Of a DNA stretch of 64,000 nt, positions 39,836-50,516 are shown one piece after another. The first letter of the stretch is position 1; every line of letters begins with the position of its first letter. The position numbers and the translations under genes are program-made. Source of the DNA: Methanobacterium ferruginis (GTDB lineage: Archaea > Methanobacteriota > Methanobacteria > Methanobacteriales > Methanobacteriaceae); the NCBI RefSeq assembly GCF_030296715.1, contig NZ_AP027738.1, positions 1,892,026-1,956,025 of the forward strand, written 5' to 3'. The notes beneath the pieces were generated by a model. That model ran no database searches. It was not told where the DNA came from and worked only from the letters and a program-made list of their open reading frames with translations.

Positions 39836-40243
39836 TTAGGCATTTTTTATTTTGTTTTCTACATCATTGTTTATTGCATTTTTATTAGGATTTCCTGGTT
39901 GATCAGTCCAAAGTATACTATACCATTTACCACTTTTCTGGAAGTAAATATCACCTTTTACTTTATTATCATCATCAACGTCAGTGTAGACACAGTAATA
40001 TACAGTTACACCATCTACTATTTTTGTACCATAATCAGTAACAGTAAAACCTAATTGTGCATCTGAATCATTAGGAATTACACTATCCCACGCTTTTGCA
40101 TCATCATAAGTCTGCAAATCAGTGAAATCTTGAAATCTCACACTATAATCTCCAGAAGTACAACCAGACACAAAAACTATTGAAACAGTTAAAAAAACAA
40201 GAATTAACATTTTTTTAAATTTTTTTCCATTATTTGCCCCCAA
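39836..40243 (-). CDS. small secreted lipoprotein-like protein
   Basis: Signal peptide followed by VSGCTSGD, a lipobox-like Cys. Confidence 0.5.
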   Translation of the reverse strand: MGANNGKKFKKMLILVFLTVSIVFVSGCTSGDYSVRFQDFTDLQTYDDAKAWDSVIPNDSDAQLGFTVTDYGTKIVDGVTVYYCVYTDVDDDNKVKGDIYFQKSGKWYSILWTDQPGNPNKNAINNDVENKIKNA

Positions 40244-40308
40244 TATTATTACCCTACTTTTACACCTTAATAAAAATTTCTCAATTTTTTAAACTGGAGT
40301 AAGATCTC

Positions 40309-43071
40309 ATGGGAGATAAAAGCTTTGGCATTACCGTAACAGGCGACATCTCAGACGTCATGTCTAAATTAGAAGAATTCACTGGGAAACTAGATGAAAT
40401 ACAAGATAAATCTATCGCCCTTGACGTAGATATCAATGAAGGTGAACTAGATAATCTCAGTGCTGAAGCTAATGAGGCTGCTGAAGATGTTGCAGGCATA
40501 GGTGATGCTAGCGAAGCTGCTGGAAGTGAAGTAGACAGTAGCATGTCCACAGCATCATCATCAGTATCGGAGGTAGGTACTTCTGCTTCTGAAGCACAGG
40601 CCCAAGTTGATGAATTAGGAGATGAAGCCCTGGAGACTGGGGATGAATTTGAGTTTGGAATGAATGAAGCTACCATAGCGATAATGGCCGCTACAGCCGC
40701 ATTGGAATTAGGAGCACAACAATTAGATGAATGGAACATTGGAACAGGCCAATTATCTATCCAATCTGACATAGCTGAAGGTGACCTTCGGGACATGTTA
40801 GCATATATAACTAATGCAACTTTCCCAATGGAAGAAGCTGAGCAATATGTAGGATATCTTGACCGTATTGGTGTTGAAGGAACAGACTCCCTTGCGAAAA
40901 ACGCAACATATATGGACTGGATACATGATTCCCTTGGAATCACCAGTGACAGTGTAATTAAACTCATGCAGAGCTATACAGTCATGGGTGGGAACATTGA
41001 CGATGTTTCAGAGTCGTTTAACGCCCTATACTATGCTCAAAGTAATATGAATGCCGATACAATGGAACAGTTCATCCCATGGTTAGCAAAATATGATTTT
41101 ACTCTTAGAGAGATGGGTTTAAGTTGGGATGCTGCTGCTGTGGCTGTGGTTGCTGCACAAAAGAAATTTGGTGGTGGTCGTGCTGCATATCAAGGATTAA
41201 ATGAAGTCATCCAAGAGTCTAACGGTGATATTAGTAAAATGGAAGAGCTTCTTGGCTTACAATCAGGTGCATTGAGTAATGCGTCAGAAGAAACAGGAAA
41301 ATATAAAGGTAAACTGGCAGAAGCAGCAGCTCAGGAAGCTGAGCATAAAACATTGTTACAACAAATTTACGCATGGCTTGAAGATCTTGGAATAAAATAT
41401 GGGGACATTGGCTCTGTTATAATGCAATTTGGGGAGATTATAGGTGGTGGTTGGTTAACTATCGCCGCCGGAGCTAAATTATTGGACTTTTTTAATGTCA
41501 CTGAGAATGCCAGTCAGAAATGGGGGCAAGTGACTTTAAACGCATTTAAACGAGTTATAGGGGGAGCAAAAGATTTAGGATCCAGTTTATTCCAAACTAT
41601 TAAATCATGGATCGGGTGGGGGGACGATGCAGCAAAGGCTAGTGAAACTGCAATGGTTAAAGTGGGTGATGGGGCAAGCAGAGGAGCATCCAGAAGCAGT
41701 GTTTTATTAGATGAAGCTGGAAATGTTCTTTGGACTGATGTGGATAATGTAATTGGACGTGTAGGAAGTAAAGCTGTTGATAGTGAAGTTGTTGGATCTG
41801 CTATTTCTGAAAGTGTAGGTACTGGTTTTTTAACAGGAGCCACTAAAGCAGTAGGGTGGATTGGAACTGGAGCAACACTTCTAATCGATGGGTTAGCTAA
41901 TTACACCGAAGCCTTAGAAGATCCATTAGGTCATTTTTATGGGTGGGCTGCTGACCTTTTAATGCCTAAACAATTCAGATTAGCTCTTTCACCCGAACAT
42001 ATTATGAAATTCCTTGTTGGGGAAGACACATATAATAGTTTCAAATCATGGGCTAAAATCACTATAGAAGATCCGATGAGGCGGGCTATTGATGAGACCT
42101 GGGGAGATGTTTCCAACTGGTGGAATGATCTCACAGGCCAAACTGCCATTCAAACTACTGAAACTGCAAACAATACAGCAAATAATGTTAAAGAATCAAT
42201 AAATTCAGTTGGTATTTCTGCAATAAACGCCGGAACTACAGTTATAGGTGTGGCTAATGAAAGTGCGGCAGTGAACCAACAAGCAGCAGCCACCTCACAA
42301 ACCGCATGGGAATTATTTTATACTCAATTACAAAGCGAAGCTCAGGAATCCCTAGCAACACTCAAAGAAATTTATAGTTATCTTGGATACACTGAGGAAG
42401 AAGAAAATTATACGATGGGAGATTTAGCAGCAGCAAGGGGAAAAGCATATACGGATTTGATTAAGCAGAGAAATGCCATTCAAACTGCATATCAACAAGA
42501 GACAGATCCAACAAAAAAAGCTAGCTTAAAAACTCAGTTAGATGCAGCCCAAAAACAGTTGAATGAGTATATGACTACTAAATACACTAAGTCTGGGCAG
42601 AATGTTGGTAGTGCATGGAGTAGTGGAGTAATAAGTGGAATAACATCAAGTACTGCTGATATTAACGCTGCGGCTGCTGCAGCTACTCAGGGCCTTGTGG
42701 GATATAGTCCACCTAAAACTGGCCCTCTCCAGGAGATTGGGACTTGGGCAGAAAACATTGCAGATGCTTGGATCCAAGGACTCGTAAGTGGTTTGTCTTC
42801 TAGTAAAGGATTAGTTTCTTCTGCTTTGGGTGATGTTGGTTTTAATGATGTTGTTAACTCTGTTCCTTTACCTTCTGCTGCTTCTGTTTTTAATTCTAAT
42901 TCTCTTGGTGGTGTTGTGGTTCAATTCACAGGCCCTATCACTGTTCCTGAAGGTAGTGATCCTGTGCAGGTTGGACAAGATTTTGCTAGGGGTGCAGCAC
43001 CTACTATGGCTGATGAATTGAGAAGGCAGGTTGGTAATATGGGTATTAATCCGGTTAATGATAGGAGATGA
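40309..43071 (+). CDS. tail tape measure protein
   Basis: 920 aa, helix-rich, with Ala/Gly-rich segments. It sits in the canonical position after the chaperone. Confidence 0.7.
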   Translation: MGDKSFGITVTGDISDVMSKLEEFTGKLDEIQDKSIALDVDINEGELDNLSAEANEAAEDVAGIGDASEAAGSEVDSSMSTASSSVSEVGTSASEAQAQVDELGDEALETGDEFEFGMNEATIAIMAATAALELGAQQLDEWNIGTGQLSIQSDIAEGDLRDMLAYITNATFPMEEAEQYVGYLDRIGVEGTDSLAKNATYMDWIHDSLGITSDSVIKLMQSYTVMGGNIDDVSESFNALYYAQSNMNADTMEQFIPWLAKYDFTLREMGLSWDAAAVAVVAAQKKFGGGRAAYQGLNEVIQESNGDISKMEELLGLQSGALSNASEETGKYKGKLAEAAAQEAEHKTLLQQIYAWLEDLGIKYGDIGSVIMQFGEIIGGGWLTIAAGAKLLDFFNVTENASQKWGQVTLNAFKRVIGGAKDLGSSLFQTIKSWIGWGDDAAKASETAMVKVGDGASRGASRSSVLLDEAGNVLWTDVDNVIGRVGSKAVDSEVVGSAISESVGTGFLTGATKAVGWIGTGATLLIDGLANYTEALEDPLGHFYGWAADLLMPKQFRLALSPEHIMKFLVGEDTYNSFKSWAKITIEDPMRRAIDETWGDVSNWWNDLTGQTAIQTTETANNTANNVKESINSVGISAINAGTTVIGVANESAAVNQQAAATSQTAWELFYTQLQSEAQESLATLKEIYSYLGYTEEEENYTMGDLAAARGKAYTDLIKQRNAIQTAYQQETDPTKKASLKTQLDAAQKQLNEYMTTKYTKSGQNVGSAWSSGVISGITSSTADINAAAAAATQGLVGYSPPKTGPLQEIGTWAENIADAWIQGLVSGLSSSKGLVSSALGDVGFNDVVNSVPLPSAASVFNSNSLGGVVVQFTGPITVPEGSDPVQVGQDFARGAAPTMADELRRQVGNMGINPVNDRR

Positions 43072-43883
43072 ATATGGCGTATAAAGATTGGGTTATTGGT
43101 GGTTTAACTCCGTCATGGGTGGAACCTGACTTTTCTCATGACCCTGACCAGCGGACACTAACCTTGAAGTGTGCAGCTATCCAAACGGAATTATTAGCTG
43201 ATCCTATGACTGAGATTGACCAGTTCAATGAGATTGCATCTGAGAAGATTACGATCACTGAATTGGAGCAGGGTGGTACTAATCTTCAGGTCCGGAATGG
43301 TCAGATAATTTCAGTCACTGATGGGAAGACTCTTTGGGAAAGGTGTGCACTTCACAGGATAAAAGTTGACCTGGACGATTGCTATCATGAGGATGAGTAT
43401 GGTAGTGTGATTGAATATGACTTGGTTATTGAATATGAGGAAAGTGCTGGTGGGGGTGTTGTTAGTTACAGTCCCACGCCCCCAGCAGGTTATCATGAAT
43501 ATGAGGGACTGGAGTTCTATGAATGGTATTATCTGGAGGGTAGTACCTGGATTAAAGCAGTAGCTGACACTAGTTCCGGGGCTTATGGTACTGAGATAGG
43601 ATATATGAAAACTCCTACTTTTACTAGGCCTATTAAGAAGGTTACTGTGTATGGTTCTGCCTGTGTACTGCCAGCGAAGATTTATTGTACAGGGAGCCTT
43701 GAAGGGAGCAGGGATTGGAGTTATGAGCATGATAATAATACTAATCAACCATTCCAAAAACTAGAATTTACTTTTAACCCCGAAACAGCACCCTTGTATG
43801 CGGAACTTTACAGTACCGAGCACCATGGAGATGATCCCAACTATGGCTGCTGGTTGAAGTATGTTTTAATAGAATTCATCTAG
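43068..43883 (+). CDS. putative distal tail protein
   Basis: Directly follows the tape measure; overlapping start. Confidence 0.4.
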   Translation: MNMAYKDWVIGGLTPSWVEPDFSHDPDQRTLTLKCAAIQTELLADPMTEIDQFNEIASEKITITELEQGGTNLQVRNGQIISVTDGKTLWERCALHRIKVDLDDCYHEDEYGSVIEYDLVIEYEESAGGGVVSYSPTPPAGYHEYEGLEFYEWYYLEGSTWIKAVADTSSGAYGTEIGYMKTPTFTRPIKKVTVYGSACVLPAKIYCTGSLEGSRDWSYEHDNNTNQPFQKLEFTFNPETAPLYAELYSTEHHGDDPNYGCWLKYVLIEFI

Positions 43884-43899
43884 AGGAGGGGATTTATTT

Positions 43900-44343
43900 T
43901 TGACATTAACAGCTAAAGTATATGGAAACTTCCTGAAAAATGCAGTAAACGGCATCATTGACCTTTCAAGGTTAAGAGTTATACTCCTTGCTAATACTTA
44001 TACTCCAGACCAGGATTATCATGAATTCCTGGATGATGTGAATCCTCATGAAGTTGAGGGTACTAATTATGTTTCTGGTGGTCAGTTACTGGATAATCCA
44101 ACTTGTACATATGATGTTTCCATTCATTCTGTGATAATTGATTGTGATGATGAAATATTTAGTGATGTTACTATCACGGCAAGATATGCTATATTTTACA
44201 TTGACATAGTTGGTGAAAATGACAATGGCAAACCATTAGTAGGCTACTGGGATTTAGGAGAGGATGAAACCGCCACCAGTGGAAGCTTCCGTTTAACAAT
44301 GGATAGTACTGGAGTTATAAAAATTCCAGTGAATAACACCTGA
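43900..44343 (+). CDS. phage tail protein
   Basis: Gene order. Confidence 0.35.
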   Translation: MTLTAKVYGNFLKNAVNGIIDLSRLRVILLANTYTPDQDYHEFLDDVNPHEVEGTNYVSGGQLLDNPTCTYDVSIHSVIIDCDDEIFSDVTITARYAIFYIDIVGENDNGKPLVGYWDLGEDETATSGSFRLTMDSTGVIKIPVNNT

Positions 44344-44354
44344 GGTTCATAAAA

Positions 44355-45887
44355 ATGACAGATGTTGAAGTAACTGGAGTTATCGCCGAAACCGGTGCAG
44401 CTGAAGCCATACCGGGAAATGTGATAACCAGGGTTATGGACACCAGTCTAGATTTCCTGGACATAAATGGAAGGAGCATACGGGAATTAGTATTTCCAAG
44501 TCTTTTTCCTGGAGAAATAGCTGAAAAAGAGATGATCGTGATAAATGATGGTGCTGGAAGTATAGGTATAACATTACAATCACTACTTTCAGAAGTGCAT
44601 CCATTAGGATCTGACCTGGAAACTTATCTTTCCACTTTTTTCAGTATTGACAAAATAAATTGGACTAATACTTTAGATATAAATTTAAACCCCACAGACA
44701 CTGAAAATGTGTATATACGTTACGCTCCACCATCCACTAGTACTGTTGGAGAAAAACAATGGACTTTCAGACCACTGATAAATGATATTGTTAGTGGTAG
44801 TCCTCCAGGGTGGGATAACTTCGATGATTGGGAGTTTTATGATTATTTCCCTGTAACTGGGAATGTTCTATCCAGATATAACTATCCAGTAGCTATTACG
44901 ATTCCTTATGCAGCAAGTGTAATTAATACGGATTATAGTGACATACGTTTTGCAGATGACGATGGGAACGAATTAGGATATTATATTTACAGTAAAACAG
45001 ATGAAGACACAGCTACTTTCTTAGTTCAACTCATCAACATGCCGGAAGATGGAGAAACAATCCAAGTATATGTTTACAGTGGAAATCCAAACGTCTTGAC
45101 AACTAGCGATTCAAATAGGATAACTACATGGACAGGGGACTGGATTTTAAACGATGAAACATATCCTCATTACCAATTAGATGGTCATGGACAGTGGGAT
45201 AACACTGCATGGCTTGATAAAGGAATGCCTTTAACTGCAGAATTCGATCCTGAAGATATAAAAATTCACTTGACCCATGGACAAGATACGGAAGGTACAG
45301 CTCATAACATAAATCCTATTTCTGATGATTTCACTTTCAAAGGAGTAATTTATCAAGGAAATCGAGATTTACTATTTTATTTTTACCAATCCAGTTTAAA
45401 TGATTTAATTATTGTTAGTTTTAGAAGAAGATTAAATTTTGCAAGGTACTGGGAAATTGGAAAAATCGTCGACGGAAGTTACACAATTTTAGCCACCCAA
45501 TTCAGTAGCCCTTATGAATCATCCCTTAATAATGCTACTGTTGAAATTATAGTTGTTAAAAATACCAGCATAACCGTGAAAGTGAATGGAACAATAGAAT
45601 TAACTTATGAGGGTACTTTCCCACAGGCAGGGACCGGATGGGGCATTTATTCAATGGTTCGATATTATACAACCGGTGATAATAATTATGTGATAAAACC
45701 AGCGATGATGACCGGATCTGAAACTTATGACTTCCCTACAGCTGGAAATTTAACAGGAACCTGGAAGTTCCTCACTAAAAGCTTAGAAATCAAAGCAGGA
45801 ATTCTTTTCAAAGAACAGAAATTAGAGGGTACAGAAACCCCTCAAGTTAAACATGGACTCATGATTGATGGACATCTATATTGGTAG
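44355..45887 (+). CDS. putative baseplate/tail-associated protein (510 aa)
   Basis: Gene order and size. Confidence 0.4.
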   Translation: MTDVEVTGVIAETGAAEAIPGNVITRVMDTSLDFLDINGRSIRELVFPSLFPGEIAEKEMIVINDGAGSIGITLQSLLSEVHPLGSDLETYLSTFFSIDKINWTNTLDINLNPTDTENVYIRYAPPSTSTVGEKQWTFRPLINDIVSGSPPGWDNFDDWEFYDYFPVTGNVLSRYNYPVAITIPYAASVINTDYSDIRFADDDGNELGYYIYSKTDEDTATFLVQLINMPEDGETIQVYVYSGNPNVLTTSDSNRITTWTGDWILNDETYPHYQLDGHGQWDNTAWLDKGMPLTAEFDPEDIKIHLTHGQDTEGTAHNINPISDDFTFKGVIYQGNRDLLFYFYQSSLNDLIIVSFRRRLNFARYWEIGKIVDGSYTILATQFSSPYESSLNNATVEIIVVKNTSITVKVNGTIELTYEGTFPQAGTGWGIYSMVRYYTTGDNNYVIKPAMMTGSETYDFPTAGNLTGTWKFLTKSLEIKAGILFKEQKLEGTETPQVKHGLMIDGHLYW

Positions 45888-45897
45888 GTGGTAAAGT

Positions 45898-46509
45898 ATG
45901 GTTGATGCAGGAATGTACCATGAATTTGAATGCGAAATAGAAGATCAAGAAACCAATGGAATTATAAAACCACAAGAACATTGGAATGCTAAACACAAAC
46001 CAGTTAAACTTTTAGGATATGAATTATTGGAAGAAAAAAATGTGCCTGACAGTAGCTCAGAAGTTATATTTAATAATTTAGATGATTTTTCTATTGATGA
46101 GTTTTTATTAGAGTATGATGTTATAACTAATCCTACATCTGTTACTAGTTATTTATCTACCTATATTAATTCGGTTAGTGGTTTAACTGTTAAAGCCACT
46201 GGTCATATTGTGCATAGTTCTGCTGGAGGTCATGGTATTGATAATCTCGCTAAAGCTGCTCTCGGTAGAAATTCATGGGTACAATCACATATTTTTAAAG
46301 GCAAATGTATCATTCAAAAACTCAATTCTAATTATGCAGTAATAATTGGAAGTTCTGTGTGTATTTCTACTGATTACTGGAGTAGATGGGATTATTCTTC
46401 AACTACTTCTTTGAGTTCTGCCATTGAATCTTTAATTATTAAAGCGGATAATGGTACTTTTAATGGTATTCTACGATTATGGAAAAAATTACCTTTAAAC
46501 ATTGAATGA
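45898..46509 (+). CDS. phage tail protein
   Basis: Gene order. Confidence 0.35.
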   Translation: MVDAGMYHEFECEIEDQETNGIIKPQEHWNAKHKPVKLLGYELLEEKNVPDSSSEVIFNNLDDFSIDEFLLEYDVITNPTSVTSYLSTYINSVSGLTVKATGHIVHSSAGGHGIDNLAKAALGRNSWVQSHIFKGKCIIQKLNSNYAVIIGSSVCISTDYWSRWDYSSTTSLSSAIESLIIKADNGTFNGILRLWKKLPLNIE

Positions 46510-46520
46510 GGGGGCATTAA

Positions 46521-47441
46521 ATGGTAGGTGCTTTTCAACGGAGTGCTTTTCAAGAAAATGCTTTCCAAAGCAGCCCTCCACCTTTGCCTGTTGCTGATTT
46601 TACACAGGACGTTATCAGTGGTGCTCCTCCTTTGGTAGTTCAGTTCACGGATACTTCTGATAACTACCCCACAAAGTGGTTTTGGGAGTATAAAAGAGAT
46701 AATGGTGAATGGAAAAAATTATCCGAACTCCGAAACCCAGATATTAGTTTTAACATCCCCGGAAATTACAGTATACGATTAACAGTCAGTAATGAAACTG
46801 GAAGTGATACTGAAACTAAAAATGACCTTATAACAGTATCCTCTACTCCATATGAACCTTATAATATATTGAAAGATAGTAAAATCAGTAAAAGGTTAAA
46901 TGATGGGCTTACAGAGATTCAAACTAATTTATCAGTAGCTATCCCTGCACATGCTTTTCATAGTGGCCAAGAATTCGAATACACCATTTATGACACCAGT
47001 CAAAAAGATTTCACAGTCGTTAAAGGGATAATAGAAGATGTTGAACGAGATTATATAGATGCAAGTAGGATATACAGCCTATCCGGACGTGATAATGGAA
47101 GGCTATTAATCAAACAGCCTTATGGTATTTCCTGTGCTGAAGATGATGGGAACACTTATTTATTCGGAGATGTTCTCGAAAGCATATTAACAGACACCGG
47201 CGTAACGGTAGGCAGAGGCCAGGAAGAACTAAGAACAGACCGCCATGTAACAAATAACAATGTAGATGATGGAACCCGGTATTGTGGTAGTTGGAGTACT
47301 AAGAAAGATGCACTAGATGACCTATTTGAAAATTACAGGAAACAAGCAGGATTAAATAAGATACGATGGTTCATTGATTTTGCCGGATACCTAAGATGGT
47401 TTGAAATAAACAGTGAACGGATGGGTGTGATATATTTTTAA
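46521..47441 (+). CDS. phage tail/baseplate protein
   Basis: Gene order. Confidence 0.35.
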   Translation: MVGAFQRSAFQENAFQSSPPPLPVADFTQDVISGAPPLVVQFTDTSDNYPTKWFWEYKRDNGEWKKLSELRNPDISFNIPGNYSIRLTVSNETGSDTETKNDLITVSSTPYEPYNILKDSKISKRLNDGLTEIQTNLSVAIPAHAFHSGQEFEYTIYDTSQKDFTVVKGIIEDVERDYIDASRIYSLSGRDNGRLLIKQPYGISCAEDDGNTYLFGDVLESILTDTGVTVGRGQEELRTDRHVTNNNVDDGTRYCGSWSTKKDALDDLFENYRKQAGLNKIRWFIDFAGYLRWFEINSERMGVIYF

Positions 47442-47454
47442 ATCACAAGGAAAC

Positions 47455-48024
47455 TTGGTAAGTTTTAAACCCAAGGAAACGTGTAGGGAAGTAATAAACT
47501 ATGTTAAAGGAACGTGGACTGATGAAAATAATGAAACTCACACAGTAACAGTTTCTGACCAAACTAGCATAGATAATTATGGAAAATGTATCTCACCCAC
47601 AGTATTCACTGGAGAAACAGAAGCAGAAGTCACAACAAAAGTAAATGAAGAATTAGCTCAGAAAAAAGACCCCATATTTTCAGGAACCCTAATATTAGCT
47701 GGTTTTGCATTATATGAACCTGGAACCCAGATAAATTTCAACGACGATGACGAATACAGTTCATTTCTTTTCACAGTAGTAGATTGGAACTATGATGGTC
47801 CTTCTAACCAGACCACCATGGATCTCACAACCGATGAAACCGTAACATCAGTCCCCAATGAAGCTGAATTAATGCAGAGTGTTGCTATAAATGAGATTAA
47901 TAAGGTTTTAAGTGATGTTTCAATTGTGGTGGCCAAAAGTGAGGGTTCAGATAGAGTAATAGCCAAAAGCGAAACAGACGGAGTTTCAAGGAATATAAGA
48001 GATTTGAACAGTGGAGAAACATGA
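47455..48024 (+). CDS. phage tail protein
   Basis: Gene order. Confidence 0.35.
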   Translation: MVSFKPKETCREVINYVKGTWTDENNETHTVTVSDQTSIDNYGKCISPTVFTGETEAEVTTKVNEELAQKKDPIFSGTLILAGFALYEPGTQINFNDDDEYSSFLFTVVDWNYDGPSNQTTMDLTTDETVTSVPNEAELMQSVAINEINKVLSDVSIVVAKSEGSDRVIAKSETDGVSRNIRDLNSGET

Positions 48025-48814
48025 TAACATGGCTAATGATGATATAAATGCAGGGAGCAAAGTTCTAATATTCCCTATTAAAGATGGTAAAAAAGTATCA
48101 TTAGGTCCAGGAGCTCCTGCAGAAGTTGGTAAGCATATTTGTTATCATAAAACACGATCAGGAGAGTTAGTAACACACGGGATGAAAGGATTAGCAATAG
48201 GTGATGAAGTAATAGTTGTTCACACCAGGGATGGTGACTTAGTAGGCCTCAGAAGTGGTACACCCAACCCTATCAGAAAGTGCATCCCATTAAATAAATT
48301 CATTCACCCTCATTTTGAACAACACGACCCACCCGATGCTACTTGGCAGTACATTAAATACGATATTGAACTTTCACAAGCATTAGACCCTTCAGATATA
48401 GTTAATATTGTAATGGATTTTGAAATAGAATGTAATGGTGGAGGTGTACAACCATGGTATCCATGTGGGGGTGTCTGGATTGGTTTTGGTCCAGAGAAAG
48501 ATGAATATTATTGGCCTCAAGGAGATCCATATATTACCATCCGTGGTCAACCCGCCGTGGTACTGGGTCCGGGAGGATATGGAACACTCGTAGGGGAATT
48601 ACAGAATGGAAACAGTAGATGGTGTATTGAAGACTTTTTAGGTCATCTCTACCCTTACGGTGGTGCTTCATGGCCTGTTAAATGGATTCATGTTCACATG
48701 TCACAAAACAGTACTCTTTATTTCAAAAATTATCTTGAATCACGAATGGTAAACTTTCAATTATGTGTGGGAACAGTTGAAAATGGATGGTGTGAAAGAT
48801 TAGGGAAGCTTTAA
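48011..48814 (+). CDS. phage tail fibre/receptor-binding candidate
   Basis: It is the last structural ORF before the lysis region. Confidence 0.3.
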   Translation: MEKHDNMANDDINAGSKVLIFPIKDGKKVSLGPGAPAEVGKHICYHKTRSGELVTHGMKGLAIGDEVIVVHTRDGDLVGLRSGTPNPIRKCIPLNKFIHPHFEQHDPPDATWQYIKYDIELSQALDPSDIVNIVMDFEIECNGGGVQPWYPCGGVWIGFGPEKDEYYWPQGDPYITIRGQPAVVLGPGGYGTLVGELQNGNSRWCIEDFLGHLYPYGGASWPVKWIHVHMSQNSTLYFKNYLESRMVNFQLCVGTVENGWCERLGKL

Positions 48815-48983
48815 ATTTTCAGCCTAGAATGCTTCTGATCTTGTTGAGGTGGATATTCAGTTGATTGAGAACTGGGTTCAACATGGCCCGTGAAAAAACA
48901 TGAATCAAGAATGCAACACCTCTTCAACCATCTGCACAATATTCATTACTATGTACACTACTTTACCATGATCCAGTCTAATA

Positions 48984-49370
48984 TTATATTTTAACTGCAG
49001 TAATAACTAGTACATGCACAGATTTAATTTTCTTTCCAAATGGGGATTCTACATCTATTCTAATATTTTTCACCTCTCCAGGTTCAATGCGGTCAATGGT
49101 TGTGGTAGTACTATAAATTGTGTAAATACCCGAACCACAACCTTCTATTCCTAGCTCGACATTTGTATAAGTCGAATTTCCAATATTTTCTATTTCTGCA
49201 GTAATAAACCCAGAACCATCTGAATAATAGTGCACTACAGGAGTATTTGGAACTTGTATATCATCACGTGTACTATCAGCGTCTGTAGAATCAGAAGATG
49301 ATGTGCATCCAGATGTAGCTGTTATTCCTGTTAAAAATAAAATTAAGATTATATAAAGTATCTTTTTCAA
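48984..49370 (-). CDS. antisense moron: small lipoprotein
   Basis: MKKILYIILILFLTGITATSGCTSS gives a signal peptide plus lipobox Cys. Confidence 0.5.
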   Translation of the reverse strand: MKKILYIILILFLTGITATSGCTSSSDSTDADSTRDDIQVPNTPVVHYYSDGSGFITAEIENIGNSTYTNVELGIEGCGSGIYTIYSTTTTIDRIEPGEVKNIRIDVESPFGKKIKSVHVLVITAVKI

Positions 49371-49544
49371 TTTATTTGCCTCCCCTTCAACCCTTCAATA
49401 ATATTAAATGAATTTTTTTATATGAATGCTAATATTTTTTTCCATTTTTACATCTTACCTTTAAAAAACCAACGATCAGCTAATAAAGGCCTTATTTTTT
49501 TTAAATTTTGACATGAATTTGCGAAGCTTATCAAAAAAGGAGGA

Positions 49545-50516
49545 ATGAAAAATATGAGTTGTTTTTTAGAATTAGGAAGCAAAGGAGATGACAGAATAGC
49601 ATTACTCGAAAGGAGATTAAAATATCTCGGATACTACCGAGGAGTGATAGACGACTACTATGGCCCACTACTCAACCAAGCAGTCCAACAATACCAGGCC
49701 AACAAAGGATTACAAATGGACTGTGTGGGGCCAATTACATGGAACAGTCTATTCCCATCAGACACCTGCCCATCTAACTGGTTATACCAGGGCTGCCAGG
49801 GGGATAATGTTAAAGCTCAGCAGATCACTCTCCAAGGCCTAGGATTCTATACTGGCTATAAAGTGGATGGTGATTTTGGACAATATATGGACCAGGAAGT
49901 CAGGAAATTCCAACAGGCTACTGGCATAATAGTAGATGGAATAATCGGTGACCAGACCATAAAAGCAGAATTAACCTACCAAAAAACTGCTGCAAAACCA
50001 GTCACTGATGGAAATTGTTTTGAATCAGCCCAGTACACTGTTTGGAAACAGGAAATGAATAAATACACACGCCGAACATGCGGACCATTCGCAGTAAAAG
50101 AAGCCATCTTCGAATGGGGATTAAATCCAGATATTGACACTGTGGTGAAATACATAAACACTCAGTTAGGTTATACTGGAACCGCACCATCCGATATACT
50201 GGAAGGAGTGCCTAAGTTAACCGATGCCATGAGTGTACCCTGCAAAGCATATCTTATGAACCATACTGAAATTGGTGGGTTCCCAGGTTTAGGTGAAGTA
50301 TTGGCTGATCCTAAAAAGACTACAATAGCTCATATTGCATATAAAAGCAGCAGCTGCAACCATTACCATACACCAGTTAAACTCTGTTTGAATGAAAAAA
50401 GAATTACAATTGCAGAGAACTTACATGGAGCTTATGAAAAGTACAGTTTCGCTGGATACACTCCTCTGATTGAGAATTGTGCACAGAAAACCTGGATGAT
50501 CTTTGAGCAGATCTAA
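49545..50516 (+). CDS. pei: pseudomurein endoisopeptidase-like lysin (PeiW/PeiP family). It has two N-terminal PG_binding_1/pseudomurein-binding repeats and a C-terminal Cys-protease-like domain.
   Basis: Repeats LERRLKYLGYYRGVIDDYYGPLLNQAVQQYQANKGLQMDCVGPITWNSL and ITLQGLGFYTGYKVDGDFGQYMDQEVRKFQQATGIIVDGIIGDQT. RRTCGPFAVKEA is a candidate catalytic Cys motif (CxxFA-type), with downstream His/Asp candidates. It sits at the end of the tail module. Confidence 0.65.
   Translation: MKNMSCFLELGSKGDDRIALLERRLKYLGYYRGVIDDYYGPLLNQAVQQYQANKGLQMDCVGPITWNSLFPSDTCPSNWLYQGCQGDNVKAQQITLQGLGFYTGYKVDGDFGQYMDQEVRKFQQATGIIVDGIIGDQTIKAELTYQKTAAKPVTDGNCFESAQYTVWKQEMNKYTRRTCGPFAVKEAIFEWGLNPDIDTVVKYINTQLGYTGTAPSDILEGVPKLTDAMSVPCKAYLMNHTEIGGFPGLGEVLADPKKTTIAHIAYKSSSCNHYHTPVKLCLNEKRITIAENLHGAYEKYSFAGYTPLIENCAQKTWMIFEQI

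Noticed and set aside
42830-43021. Leu-rich 63-aa ORF inside the tape measure gene
   Set aside because: An out-of-frame low-complexity read-through of TT-rich codons within the tape measure gene.
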